The notes beneath the pieces are model-generated. The model saw only the letters and a list, made by a program, of their open reading frames with translations. It was not told the DNA's origin and did no database searches. From the NCBI GenBank assembly GCA_048270185.1, contig JBLWTJ010000006.1, positions 1-15,187 on the forward strand: a stretch of DNA of 15,187 nt, in the 5' to 3' direction. Of the stretch, positions 7,071 to 15,187 are shown one piece after another. Every line of letters begins with the position of its first letter. The first letter of the stretch is position 1. Source of the DNA: Bacteriovoracaceae bacterium (GTDB taxonomy: Bacteria > Bdellovibrionota > Bacteriovoracia > Bacteriovoracales > Bacteriovoracaceae). The translations under genes and the position numbers were made by a program.

Positions 7071-8378
7071 ATGAATAATTTTGAAATTATCGAACAAAAC
7101 AAGAACCTTATAAATAATCCATTTGAAATAAATGAAGCTGAATCGACCTTCACAGTAAATGGTGTGACTTATGGGGTAAATAAGGCTACGGTGAGTGTTA
7201 TTGCTGAAGCATTTATCAAGGCTAAAGAAGATTCTGCGGTATTGAATAGACTTAATAACCTGTTTGATGCTAAGCAAATTCAGTCGGGCGAACGCCTAAA
7301 CAATATGACTTTTCTATGCGTAAAAAACGATTTTTTCGGAAACTGGATAGAGACCAGTGAATCTGATGATTTTGACACAGCAACGTATTTCGCTCTTGTT
7401 GATTTGAAAGCAAAAGATAAAAGCGATTACTACAATGTTTTGATGTCTCCAGACAATCCAAATGTTTTTTGCAATTGCTATTCAGAAAATGGTGTTCCTT
7501 TATATGAAGTTCATTATTACAAAAGCAAAAATGAGTATGGACTTATTTGCAGTGGAAAAACCTTTGAAGAGGTGATTGGGAAATATGAAGCAGTAAAAGA
7601 CGAACTCCCTACGCCAATAACACTCATGAACAACTATGATATTGCCAATATTGAGCTTAGCGATGGAGTAGTTATTGAGGTTAAGCAAGACAGAAAGGAT
7701 GGAAGCATTGTAAACCCAACTGACTATCAGGTTAGATTAGTCAAAGGGGATAAGGTATCTGATACGATGTACATTAGCGGTGAACCGCTTAGCATCCTTA
7801 ATCTTCGCGATGGTAAAATTGACTATGAAGAGTTTGGTTTAAGTCCAGATGATATCGTCAATCAAGCTGATGTTATCCAGTCAGATATCAAACTAAAGAT
7901 AAAGGATGATGTACGATCAGAAGAGATCCAAGACATCATTGCTAAATCTGTTATGAAGTTAGGCGATGAAGAATACTCTAAATGGATTTGTTTAGAAAGC
8001 GATGCTAGCCCATATCAAATTTCATTTAGAGTTGAAAACCCTAAACATTGCTCTGAAGATCAATTGCAGAATATCGATTTTCAGATTAAGCATAAGCTTG
8101 GCGCTTACGTAGGTGACTACTCTGGGCTGATGATTTCTTCAGAATACATAGCTAGAACACTATCTAACAACAGTAAATTCAATTCAGGTATTTACGATGA
8201 TAGATTAGAGGAAGACATGCAAAATGAAGGAGTGCTAGATATCCCTTCTGAAGACCTAAGAATTGAAGATATGATCGCAAGATACATCTCTTTCCCTGGT
8301 GATTGCATTGAAATCCACTTAGACGAATTCAATGAAAGAAACGCAAAAATATCGAAAGAATCAACCCTTTCAATTTAA
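7071..8378 (+). CDS. Acidic hypothetical protein, 435 aa
   Basis: Long uninterrupted ORF, D/E-rich, no recognised catalytic motif. Confidence 0.85.
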   Translation: MNNFEIIEQNKNLINNPFEINEAESTFTVNGVTYGVNKATVSVIAEAFIKAKEDSAVLNRLNNLFDAKQIQSGERLNNMTFLCVKNDFFGNWIETSESDDFDTATYFALVDLKAKDKSDYYNVLMSPDNPNVFCNCYSENGVPLYEVHYYKSKNEYGLICSGKTFEEVIGKYEAVKDELPTPITLMNNYDIANIELSDGVVIEVKQDRKDGSIVNPTDYQVRLVKGDKVSDTMYISGEPLSILNLRDGKIDYEEFGLSPDDIVNQADVIQSDIKLKIKDDVRSEEIQDIIAKSVMKLGDEEYSKWICLESDASPYQISFRVENPKHCSEDQLQNIDFQIKHKLGAYVGDYSGLMISSEYIARTLSNNSKFNSGIYDDRLEEDMQNEGVLDIPSEDLRIEDMIARYISFPGDCIEIHLDEFNERNAKISKESTLSI

Positions 8379-8396
8379 GTTTCTTGGTGTTAAATT

Positions 8397-8451
8397 AAAG
8401 ATAATTGATTGAGTTATTTGGAAGATTCCATTGATTCAGTCAGTTATTTTT
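8397..8451 (+). other. Long imperfect hairpin (~25 bp stem, five G-U pairs): terminator, RNase III site or other structured element
   Basis: AAGATAATTGATTGAGTTA-TT-TGGAA ga TTCCA-T-TGATTCAGTCAGTTATTTT; apart from one small internal loop, all non-Watson-Crick positions are G-U on the + strand; ends in a T6 run. Confidence 0.6.
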
Positions 8452-8518
8452 TCCAAGTAATAAAATAAAGAAAATCAATATAACCGTATAAGAATACAAT
8501 GTAGGAAACCCTGCAATT

Positions 8519-8773
8519 ATGAGCGATAAAGAATTGGAAGTGCGTCCATATGACCCACTATACAAACAAAACCTGAAACGAAAAAACTTAAAATTAGTTA
8601 CTGAAGCTGGTTACATCCCTACATGTTTAGCAGAATTCCATTTTCGGATCAGAAAAGAAAACCATATCATTGATTTTTATCCAAGCACAGAAACCTGGAT
8701 TATTGTGAGCAATGATCATACTAAACCCAGATTTGGCATGTTAAGCATGATCAGATTTTTAGACAAGATTTAA
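8519..8773 (+). CDS. Small phage-type hypothetical protein, 84 aa
   Basis: ORF followed by a terminator; H-F-R-I...IDFYPSTETW...RFGM resembles the 'IDF(W/Y)P(G/S)TG(K)W' pattern I recall from small uncharacterised phage proteins. Confidence 0.7.
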   Translation: MSDKELEVRPYDPLYKQNLKRKNLKLVTEAGYIPTCLAEFHFRIRKENHIIDFYPSTETWIIVSNDHTKPRFGMLSMIRFLDKI

Positions 8774-8786
8774 TCTTCTAATTGAC

Positions 8787-8814
8787 GAAAACCTCCCTTT
8801 ATAGAGAGGTTTTC
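8787..8814. terminator. Bidirectional intrinsic terminator
   Basis: GAAAACCTC (8787-8795) / GAGGTTTTC (8806-8814) between convergent stops at 8773 and 8833. Confidence 0.8.
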
Positions 8815-8832
8815 ACTTAAATCTAACAAAGC

Positions 8833-9528
8833 TTAGTACTCCATTTCAGGTTCGGTTATTTTGAAGCTTTTAAGATCATCAAATCCTCTATCTCTTAATT
8901 CAATCAGTTCATCCAGATTAATCTCTACCCATTCACCCAATAGATCTCCATCCTCAACAATAGATTCCATTTGGTCTAATGTAAGGTTTTTCTTTCTGTG
9001 ATTACTTATTAATATATCGTGGTACTTGAGATCTAATTCAGCACCTTTCCAGAAATATGCTTTATTTAGAATTTCGGATTTATCACTATCTTCATGCATA
9101 AATTCATCTGAATAATTCGATGAAGATTTATCTATAACTATGAAATCAAAATCTTTGGAAGATTCCATTTTTTTGTATAAACCTAACGCGCTTTGAGTAA
9201 CATTTTCTCTATCGCTAATCAATAAGGCTCCACCATCAATCTTAGAAAGCTCAATCATCAGTGATTGATATAGCAGTGAACCAAATCCAGGATAAGCTCC
9301 TGTAGTATCAGTTACGAAATATACTGATTTTCCGTCAATCTTTTCATCAGATCGTTCAACAGATACTTGACCAATAGTTTCAAAGTCTGAATATTGATTC
9401 TTTTTATCAATATAGAGAGTTACACATAACCTTAGGTCATCAGAATAATGATTTACTAATAGTGAAGGATTGACAGAGGAAATGGCTTTTAAATTTTCAA
9501 TCGACTTAGGATCTAACATTTTTGACAT
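8833..9528 (-). CDS. Putative GNAT-fold acetyltransferase-like protein, 231 aa
   Basis: Beta strand YFVTDT, motif-A-like AYPGFGSLLYQSLM helix, then LISDRENVTQSALGLYKKM (motif-B-like, A-x-x-L-Y-x-K). Confidence 0.55.
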   Translation of the reverse strand: MSKMLDPKSIENLKAISSVNPSLLVNHYSDDLRLCVTLYIDKKNQYSDFETIGQVSVERSDEKIDGKSVYFVTDTTGAYPGFGSLLYQSLMIELSKIDGGALLISDRENVTQSALGLYKKMESSKDFDFIVIDKSSSNYSDEFMHEDSDKSEILNKAYFWKGAELDLKYHDILISNHRKKNLTLDQMESIVEDGDLLGEWVEINLDELIELRDRGFDDLKSFKITEPEMEY

Positions 9529-9553
9529 TCTTTTTTTATATTATTCTTAAATA

Positions 9554-9562
9554 ATTTTACCA
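9554..9562 (-). promoter_or_regulatory. Putative extended -10 promoter for the GNAT-like gene
   Basis: Minus strand TG-G-TAAAAT 25 nt upstream of the ATG at 9528; a second minus-strand TATAAT at 9592-9597. Confidence 0.4.
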
Positions 9563-9606
9563 CATAAAAATATAAGTTTAATGTTTTTATTATTATACAC
9601 ACTATA

Positions 9607-9727
9607 ATGACTCATGGTTATTCTCTGGGTATAATAATGATAGTTTTGACTGTACAGATTGTAGCTGAAAAAAGTTTGCGAAATATTTTCAAATAGCTAC
9701 TCCAAACAAGCTATGCAGTGATATAAT
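9607..9727 (+). promoter_or_regulatory. Two putative tandem promoters for 9754..10224
   Basis: ATGACT-N17-TATAAT (9607-9635) and a perfect extended -10 TG-A-TATAAT (9719-9727). Confidence 0.5.
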
Positions 9728-9753
9728 AATTAAAAATTCATTGAGAGATAAAT

Positions 9754-10224
9754 ATGAAAGTTACTAAAGAATCACTCAGCAGACAGAAAGCTATCAAACT
9801 AATTTGGAGCCAAACAAGCCCTGACTTTAGAGGGCAGCTAGGAGGTAAACCATCAATTATGCTTAATGCTGCTGATGGAGGTGGTCTATGTACCGTTGAC
9901 GGGTTAACTGACGCTCAATTTGAACGCTACTTGCAAGATGCAATTGATTCAAAAAACAGAGACACATGTAAAGATTTGGCTGTTAAAATCTTTAGTCAGC
10001 ATAAAGATGTCTTTGCACCATTAGACCTTCTTGATAAAAACTGCGGAACCATCAATCAGTGGTGTCGTGACTTTAATGGAATCAGAGAGCTTGTAATCGG
10101 CTTAGGTTCAAAAGGTGATGGTCATTATAGTGACGATAAAGCCAAAGAAATACTAAAGACTGTCGATCACTTTGAAGAAGTGTACAACAGAACCTCTGAA
10201 CCTTCAGCATCGCTTTCTCGTTAA
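9754..10224 (+). CDS. Hypothetical protein, 156 aa, with a phage-type N-terminal domain
   Basis: GAGAG RBS, own promoter and terminator; N-terminal SRQKAIKLIWSQTSPDFRG...SIM...LTDAQF resembles small uncharacterised phage proteins as I recall them. Confidence 0.8.
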   Translation: MKVTKESLSRQKAIKLIWSQTSPDFRGQLGGKPSIMLNAADGGGLCTVDGLTDAQFERYLQDAIDSKNRDTCKDLAVKIFSQHKDVFAPLDLLDKNCGTINQWCRDFNGIRELVIGLGSKGDGHYSDDKAKEILKTVDHFEEVYNRTSEPSASLSR

Positions 10225-10227
10225 AAT

Positions 10228-10256
10228 AAAACGCTAGAACATTGTTCTAGCGTTTT
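10228..10256. terminator. Bidirectional intrinsic terminator
   Basis: Perfect 14-bp inverted repeat AAAACGCTAGAACA-T-TGTTCTAGCGTTTT filling the gap between convergent stops at 10224 and 10259. Confidence 0.9.
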
Positions 10257-10258
10257 TT

Positions 10259-11518
10259 CTATTTTGGCTTTCTGTCTGTAGGTTGATTCTTCTTTTGAGT
10301 GATTTTATTTTCGGAAACAAAAGGTTTAATCGCTCTAATTCTAGCCTCTAAAACTTGCTGCTCCACATGTTTAGATTTCTTATCAATCTTCGAAAGATCC
10401 GCCTTTTTTGCCAGCTTTAACACCTGCATTAGGTAATCTCTTTGCGGGTAAGATTCTTCTTCGAATCCCGTTCTACCACGAGAATCCGCTTCACCGCAGA
10501 TAGCCAACATCTCCAAGTTCTTAGGATTTCGGATTGCATCAATAGCATAGAAAAATTTGATAAATGTTGAAGGACTTCTTAAGAAAGCTTCATGTGAGTG
10601 AGTGTGAAATTCAGAAGCAATTTTACCAAATGTTCTGTATTTCTTCGGCACCCTCAATCTGTCACAAATATCATCAACTAAAGGAACACCTCTAATCTCG
10701 TGCATGTGATGTCTTGGAAGAATATCCTTCGGTGTTAGCCCCTTACCTAAATCGTGAACTAGCACACCAAATCGAGTAACTGAACAGGTAGTTAGCTTTA
10801 CAGATTGCTGAAGAGCCATCATAACATGAATACCTGTATCAACCTCTGGATGATACTCGCGTCTTTGTCTTACACCGAACAACCGATCAACTTCTGGCAA
10901 GATCTCTTTTAAAGCACCAACTTTCTTCAGAACCAGAAAGAACTTGTGTGGGGATTGGGTTTCTAATGCCCCCTTAATCTCGCTCCAGATACGCTCTGGA
11001 GAGATTGTTGTCAATTCACCAGAGCTGACTACCTTCTTCATCATGTATAGCGTTTCAGGAGCTACAGTGAAGCCCAGATGCGCATATCTTGCTAGGAACC
11101 TTGCAACCCTTAGCACCCTTAAAGGATCTTCGGTAAAAGCCGTGGATACGTGGCGTAGTAATCTAGCCTCGATATCTTTCTTCCCGCCATATGGATCAAT
11201 TAATTCGCCAGTTTCTAAATCTTGCGCAATGGCATTAATAGTAAGGTCACGTCTAAAGAGATCTTGCTCGATAGAGATTTCTGGAGAAGTGCTAGGGATG
11301 AAGCCATGATAGCCAGTACCTGATTTCTTCTCGGTACGAGCAAGCGCATACTCACAGCCATCTTTGAGAAAAACTGGAAAGGCTTTACCCACATTAACAA
11401 AACCATCATTGAGCATGTCTTCAACACTAGCACCAGTTACTGCGAAATCTCTATCTTTAGGCTCAATACCTAATAATGTATCTCTGACAGCGCCACCTAC
11501 TAAATATACTTTGCGCAT
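10259..11518 (-). CDS. cca: Multifunctional CCA tRNA nucleotidyltransferase with HD phosphoesterase domain
   Basis: YLVGGAVRD...KDRD (DxD), EYALARTE, DLFRRDLTINA, EDPLRVLRVARF, ERIWSE, YHPEVDTGIH and HDLGKG: class II CCA enzyme of the E. coli type. Confidence 0.97.
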   Translation of the reverse strand: MRKVYLVGGAVRDTLLGIEPKDRDFAVTGASVEDMLNDGFVNVGKAFPVFLKDGCEYALARTEKKSGTGYHGFIPSTSPEISIEQDLFRRDLTINAIAQDLETGELIDPYGGKKDIEARLLRHVSTAFTEDPLRVLRVARFLARYAHLGFTVAPETLYMMKKVVSSGELTTISPERIWSEIKGALETQSPHKFFLVLKKVGALKEILPEVDRLFGVRQRREYHPEVDTGIHVMMALQQSVKLTTCSVTRFGVLVHDLGKGLTPKDILPRHHMHEIRGVPLVDDICDRLRVPKKYRTFGKIASEFHTHSHEAFLRSPSTFIKFFYAIDAIRNPKNLEMLAICGEADSRGRTGFEEESYPQRDYLMQVLKLAKKADLSKIDKKSKHVEQQVLEARIRAIKPFVSENKITQKKNQPTDRKPK

Positions 11519-11524
11519 AAAACC

Positions 11525-12091
11525 TCACGATTGATACTCACCCTTCCAAGGTGGAATACTATTAATTTCAACTTCTTTTATTTTTTTATCTAAGATTAGA
11601 TTTTGGATGGCAGTCTTTCGAGCAGAGAAATCATCTTTGCATCCATCCTTCTCAAGCTCATAAAGAGTCTTACTGACTCCATTAGGAACAAAGAAAGGAT
11701 CAAATCCAAATGCATCATTGGGAACATCCTTAATGTCTTTAAACGTTCCGTGTGTAACCCCTTGATACAAAGCAACACTATAACCATTATGAAGAGCTAA
11801 CGTTGTAATCCACTCAAGCTTACAATCACTTGAATCTGCGATCTGACTAAGCTCTGATAGTCTGTAACGGATATCCGTAATTTCTTCGCCGTTAACTTTT
11901 AAGATTGTATCTTCGACTATCGCGCCTTCGCCAGCTTCAAGCGATTTGTAAATCGCAACTTCAATTGAGTCCTCTGATTTCACTTCTTTAAGGTCTTCAC
12001 CATGCTGAATGTCAACATCTAGACCACCAGATAACCTTATAAACTCTTTTAATTTGTTTAAGTTTGAAGTAACCAATCTAATCTTGTTCAT
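11525..12091 (-). CDS. Ham1/ITPase-family non-canonical purine NTP pyrophosphatase (RdgB-like, divergent)
   Basis: VTSNLNKLKE, K in AIYKS, VEDT, FGFDPFF, LYEL..K...SAR; the canonical SHR is SAR and the LxGxPG segment is absent. Confidence 0.88.
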   Translation of the reverse strand: MNKIRLVTSNLNKLKEFIRLSGGLDVDIQHGEDLKEVKSEDSIEVAIYKSLEAGEGAIVEDTILKVNGEEITDIRYRLSELSQIADSSDCKLEWITTLALHNGYSVALYQGVTHGTFKDIKDVPNDAFGFDPFFVPNGVSKTLYELEKDGCKDDFSARKTAIQNLILDKKIKEVEINSIPPWKGEYQS

Positions 12092-12102
12092 ACTATACCT
12101 AA

Positions 12103-12462
12103 TTAAGACTTAGAGTAAAGAGTTAATCCTACACCAAATATAATAAAAATCACACCAATAAACTCAAGTTGATTAAAACTTCTTTGGTGCAAAATGAATT
12201 GATTAATTATGAAGCTAAAAATGATGGAACTACCCAAAGCCACCAATGATAGAAGAAGATAGGGAAAGGCTTTTACTCCGTTCGTGTAGTAATATGCAAA
12301 ACCGACTGATACTACAACACTGATAGGCAAGCACATGAGTGCTACTTTACAATATGAAACCCATCCTAATTGAGCATCAATATTCTTTACTGCAACTAAG
12401 TTTTGCATGTGTGCGCCACACGTTGCGACAAATAACGCAAGAAAAATTCCTAAGCTTGTCAT
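12103..12462 (-). CDS. Small 4-TM DMT/SMR-like membrane protein, 119 aa (start corrected from 12612)
   Basis: Four hydrophobic segments; C-terminal FNQLEFIGVIFIIFGVGL matches the DMT/SMR TM4 pattern (IGxxxIxxGV). The 50 upstream codons overlap a terminator and a promoter, so Met51 is the likely start. Confidence 0.7.
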   Translation of the reverse strand: MTSLGIFLALFVATCGAHMQNLVAVKNIDAQLGWVSYCKVALMCLPISVVVSVGFAYYYTNGVKAFPYLLLSLVALGSSIIFSFIINQFILHQRSFNQLEFIGVIFIIFGVGLTLYSKS

Positions 12463-12493
12463 CCTAAACTCTTTATTATTAATTGTTTTATCA

Positions 12494-12522
12494 ATTTTAA
12501 ATGACATTAGATTGTTTTTCAA
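12494..12522 (-). promoter_or_regulatory. sigma70 promoter for the DMT-Ham1-cca operon
   Basis: Minus strand TTGAAA-N17-TAAAAT, 31 nt upstream of the ATG at 12462. Confidence 0.6.
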
Positions 12523-12593
12523 ACAAAAACAATATGACATTTTAATGGATATGGTTGTATGTAACGAGCGATGAATGAGTGTTGAAGAGTAAT

Positions 12594-12622
12594 AAAAAAG
12601 GCTGCTATTCATAGCAGCCTTT
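12594..12622 (-). terminator. Intrinsic terminator of 12627..13991
   Basis: Minus strand AAAGGCTGCTAT-GA-ATAGCAGCCTTTTTT directly after the stop codon. Confidence 0.88.
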
Positions 12623-12626
12623 AATG

Positions 12627-13991
12627 TTAATCTTTCTTACTGAAGGAGAGAAAGTGACCTCCTTGAGAGTTCTCTTCCTTATCCTTCACAACAGAGAAAT
12701 TCTCATCAATATCAGAAAGTTTTACTTCTTTCGTATGAATAGCTTCTGCACGAAAATCTTTGTAACTTTTAACTACCGACACCATTTCAGGAATTTTATA
12801 ATCTCTTATTCCATATAAACGCACAAGTTTTTTAGAAACTACTCCCGATCTCATTCCTTGAAGTGAATAGCCATGTATTTGTGGATTTTTAATAAACTTT
12901 CTAATGTCAGGAACCTGCTCAACAAACTCACCGAAAATTAATTCTCCTAAGCTAAAGTTAATATTAGAAAAGTTTGATGTCTGAAAATTGACATGAACTG
13001 AGCAATCAAGTTGAGAAATCAGCTTGGAAGCCATCACATCTTTTTCATCAATAATCGTCACATCTAAGTCAGAAGACAATAACAACTTAAGCATTAAATC
13101 GTAGTGTGAGTCATTAAATAGGAAGATTTTTTTTCGATCATATTTTTTAACTTCATCTAAAGCATCAATATAGGTAATCCACTTCTCTGGATTTTCTTTT
13201 GGATTAGTTTCTCCGTCATATTTGAAGTAAAAATGACCAGTGTGCATATTATGAATTAGAGCTTTTGATGATTTCACATCATTGAACTGATGCAATTCTG
13301 ATGAATATCCTTGCTCTCCTGGCTTACTCACTGAATCTGATATTCTACGTAATAAAAATTCTACGCTATGACCGTACCCTCTAGTATCTGGCAGATCGCA
13401 TGTTGAAAACGAGAAGGAGTCAGTATATTTATAAGAGTTCTCCTTAAAACTCTGTATGCATGACTCTTTTGAACCAAATTCATCAGAACCTGAATATTCA
13501 CGCATATCAGTTATTGGGTAGTAATCGCAAGAAACAAACTCATAATTACTTAAGATCAGATCGAATAGTTCTTCATTATTAAGAAACCCCTCATATCTAC
13601 AATAAACATCCTTATCATTTATATGACGAGCAAGTATTGAATGAGCTTGACCATCAAAAGCTAAGCTACCATTTTCATGCATAGTAATATACGTAGGAAG
13701 TTCATCCATAATTCCTTTGTATTTTTGGTATAATTCAAGATTTTTCTCATTTTTCTCCTGAATTTGTTGTTCGCGCTCTTTTAGCATAAAGTTGATTACG
13801 TTCGCGTCAAATCCTAACTCATTGTTTTCTGTCAGAACATGATGCTTACAGGTAATCGACTTTGTTAGGTTTTCTATTTGTGTATCTAACTCTGCTTCTT
13901 GATTATCTGACAATTTGATACGTATAAGCGAATCCAACCAAATCTTCAGAGTTTCGCTAACATCACGGGAATTCTCTACTAAAGTGTACAT
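12627..13991 (-). CDS. Hypothetical protein, 454 aa
   Basis: Long ORF with AAGGA RBS and downstream terminator; short coiled-coil near aa 70-95; no recognised motif. Confidence 0.85.
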   Translation of the reverse strand: MYTLVENSRDVSETLKIWLDSLIRIKLSDNQEAELDTQIENLTKSITCKHHVLTENNELGFDANVINFMLKEREQQIQEKNEKNLELYQKYKGIMDELPTYITMHENGSLAFDGQAHSILARHINDKDVYCRYEGFLNNEELFDLILSNYEFVSCDYYPITDMREYSGSDEFGSKESCIQSFKENSYKYTDSFSFSTCDLPDTRGYGHSVEFLLRRISDSVSKPGEQGYSSELHQFNDVKSSKALIHNMHTGHFYFKYDGETNPKENPEKWITYIDALDEVKKYDRKKIFLFNDSHYDLMLKLLLSSDLDVTIIDEKDVMASKLISQLDCSVHVNFQTSNFSNINFSLGELIFGEFVEQVPDIRKFIKNPQIHGYSLQGMRSGVVSKKLVRLYGIRDYKIPEMVSVVKSYKDFRAEAIHTKEVKLSDIDENFSVVKDKEENSQGGHFLSFSKKD

Positions 13992-14021
13992 TTTTATTCC
14001 TTTTATTTATTTCAATTTACA

Positions 14022-14044
14022 AGGTCTGACTATTAATCAGACCT
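14022..14044 (-). terminator. Stem-loop after the 14051 gene (weak terminator)
   Basis: AGGTCTGA-N7-TCAGACCT, extendable by G-U on the minus strand; weak U-tract. Confidence 0.6.
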
Positions 14045-14050
14045 AAAAAC

Positions 14051-15187
14051 TTAAAAACCAACATCTTCTAAAGGCTTAATTCTTTGATTTTCATTGATAG
14101 AAAAAAGAGATTCTACTTCACCCTCGATTGAAGGTGTCACTAGGTTCTCATTAACAAGCTCTTGAAATTTTACGATATCGAAATCCACATGAATTATTTT
14201 TAAAAACTTTGCTATTTGTTCGAAATCAGTGATTCGATCTAAGAACACTTTCGGGAAGTTATTTCCTTTTAGCCAAGAGTCAATTATTGATTGAATCCTT
14301 CCTTTTCGCTTTCTAATGTTTAGCATTGTAAGCGTTAAATTTAATGTTTTATGCATTTCAGAAGCATCATAATATTCTTCGATTAACTTGCTAGTCTTTT
14401 CCAATATGTATTCATCACTCTTAGAATAATCAATCATGCTTGGTGACAAATACAAATAAAGATCATTCATCAATGAATTGGCTAACTTACTCAAAAAATC
14501 TAATTCATCATCAATAACTAAGTAATTATCAATTAGTGATAAGTTTTCATAACTCTTATAATTTATTGCATCTGAAATATCATCAGTTTTCCACTGATAT
14601 TTGTTTGATAGAGTTAAATAGAGCAGGAGGTATGAACAATTATCGTAAAAATCACAGTCTCTTTCACTAAGCGAAATGATAAATTTCCTACAATCAAAAT
14701 CACTCAATAACCAAGTAGCCATATGGGTGGTCTCTTGGCGCGAGTTTAAAAAAGAAAAAATATCGTGTAAGTCCACACTTTGTCTATAAGCTAAACACAC
14801 ATCCTCAAAGAATGGATTGTTTGAATAATCCAGTAAGGCTTGCAGTGGAGATCGTTCAATATTGTTAATTTCATAGACAGTAAGATCATGCTTTAACACA
14901 AATTCCTTAACTGAAATTCCAGTGGTTTCACTAAATATGGAAATTGCTTCTGGTTTTATCTCTTTATTGTGCTGCATTAGAGATACAGCTAGAATTTCTC
15001 TATAGACCTCAGTTCTAACCTTATCTGACACCTCTCTTCCTTGAAATTCTTCAAGGTACATCTTAAAAACATTGAGATTAGACAGAAAAAGACTGGATAA
15101 CAATGCGTCTACTAGATACATCCAGTGACGGTCTCTATATGATTCTCTGACTTCATTTATCGCTCTGTCACTAAAATCTTCTTCGAT
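14051..15187 (-). CDS. Hypothetical, probably alpha-helical protein; 5' end lies beyond the window
   Basis: The frame stays open upstream of the Met at 15121 (IEEDFSDRAINEVRESYRDRHW) to the window edge, so it is at least 378 aa. Confidence 0.85.
   Translation of the reverse strand: MEEDFSDRAINEVRESYRDRHWMYLVDALLSSLFLSNLNVFKMYLEEFQGREVSDKVRTEVYREILAVSLMQHNKEIKPEAISIFSETTGISVKEFVLKHDLTVYEINNIERSPLQALLDYSNNPFFEDVCLAYRQSVDLHDIFSFLNSRQETTHMATWLLSDFDCRKFIISLSERDCDFYDNCSYLLLYLTLSNKYQWKTDDISDAINYKSYENLSLIDNYLVIDDELDFLSKLANSLMNDLYLYLSPSMIDYSKSDEYILEKTSKLIEEYYDASEMHKTLNLTLTMLNIRKRKGRIQSIIDSWLKGNNFPKVFLDRITDFEQIAKFLKIIHVDFDIVKFQELVNENLVTPSIEGEVESLFSINENQRIKPLEDVGF

Noticed and set aside
7017..7688. ORFs 7017..7277, 7270..7461 and 7500..7688
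   Set aside because: Antisense to the 435-aa gene; compositional shadows.
10944..11800. ORFs 10944..11309, 11215..11433, 11596..11787 and 11603..11800
   Set aside because: Nested within cca or the Ham1 gene.
12463..12818. N-terminal 50 codons of ORF 12103..12612, and ORF 12624..12818
   Set aside because: The extension runs through a terminator and a promoter; the + strand ORF is antisense to the 454-aa gene.
1..15187. CRISPR array, IS element, integrase or phage structural genes
   Set aside because: No regularly spaced direct repeats, transposase or recombinase motifs, or virion genes recognised, so phage versus plasmid origin cannot be settled from this window.

Overview
AT-rich (roughly 35% GC by eye) and gene-dense, with almost no core housekeeping context. 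It most resembles a large mobile replicon (megaplasmid or jumbo phage) of a gammaproteobacterium, judging from an E. coli/Vibrio-type multifunctional CCA enzyme, sigma70-type promoters and many orphan ORFs; this assignment is inference. The centrepiece is a minus-strand locus (6910 to 2144): strong promoter, a secreted DUF4402/Csu-pilin-like protein, a hairpin, then four translationally coupled genes encoding two paralogous radical SAM/SPASM enzymes, an unknown 199-aa protein with a degenerate Rossmann-like motif, and a third, anSME-like radical SAM/SPASM enzyme. No short precursor peptide, sulfatase, protease or transporter is visible, so the substrate is unexplained. Also present: a ribbon-helix-helix regulator, a 530-aa protein built from two tandem copies of one domain, a GNAT-like protein, several acidic orphans with short unstructured C-terminal tails, a long G-U-rich hairpin, and a compact operon of a DMT/SMR-like membrane protein, a divergent Ham1/ITPase (SAR instead of SHR) and cca. 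No rRNA, tRNA, CRISPR array or transposase was seen.
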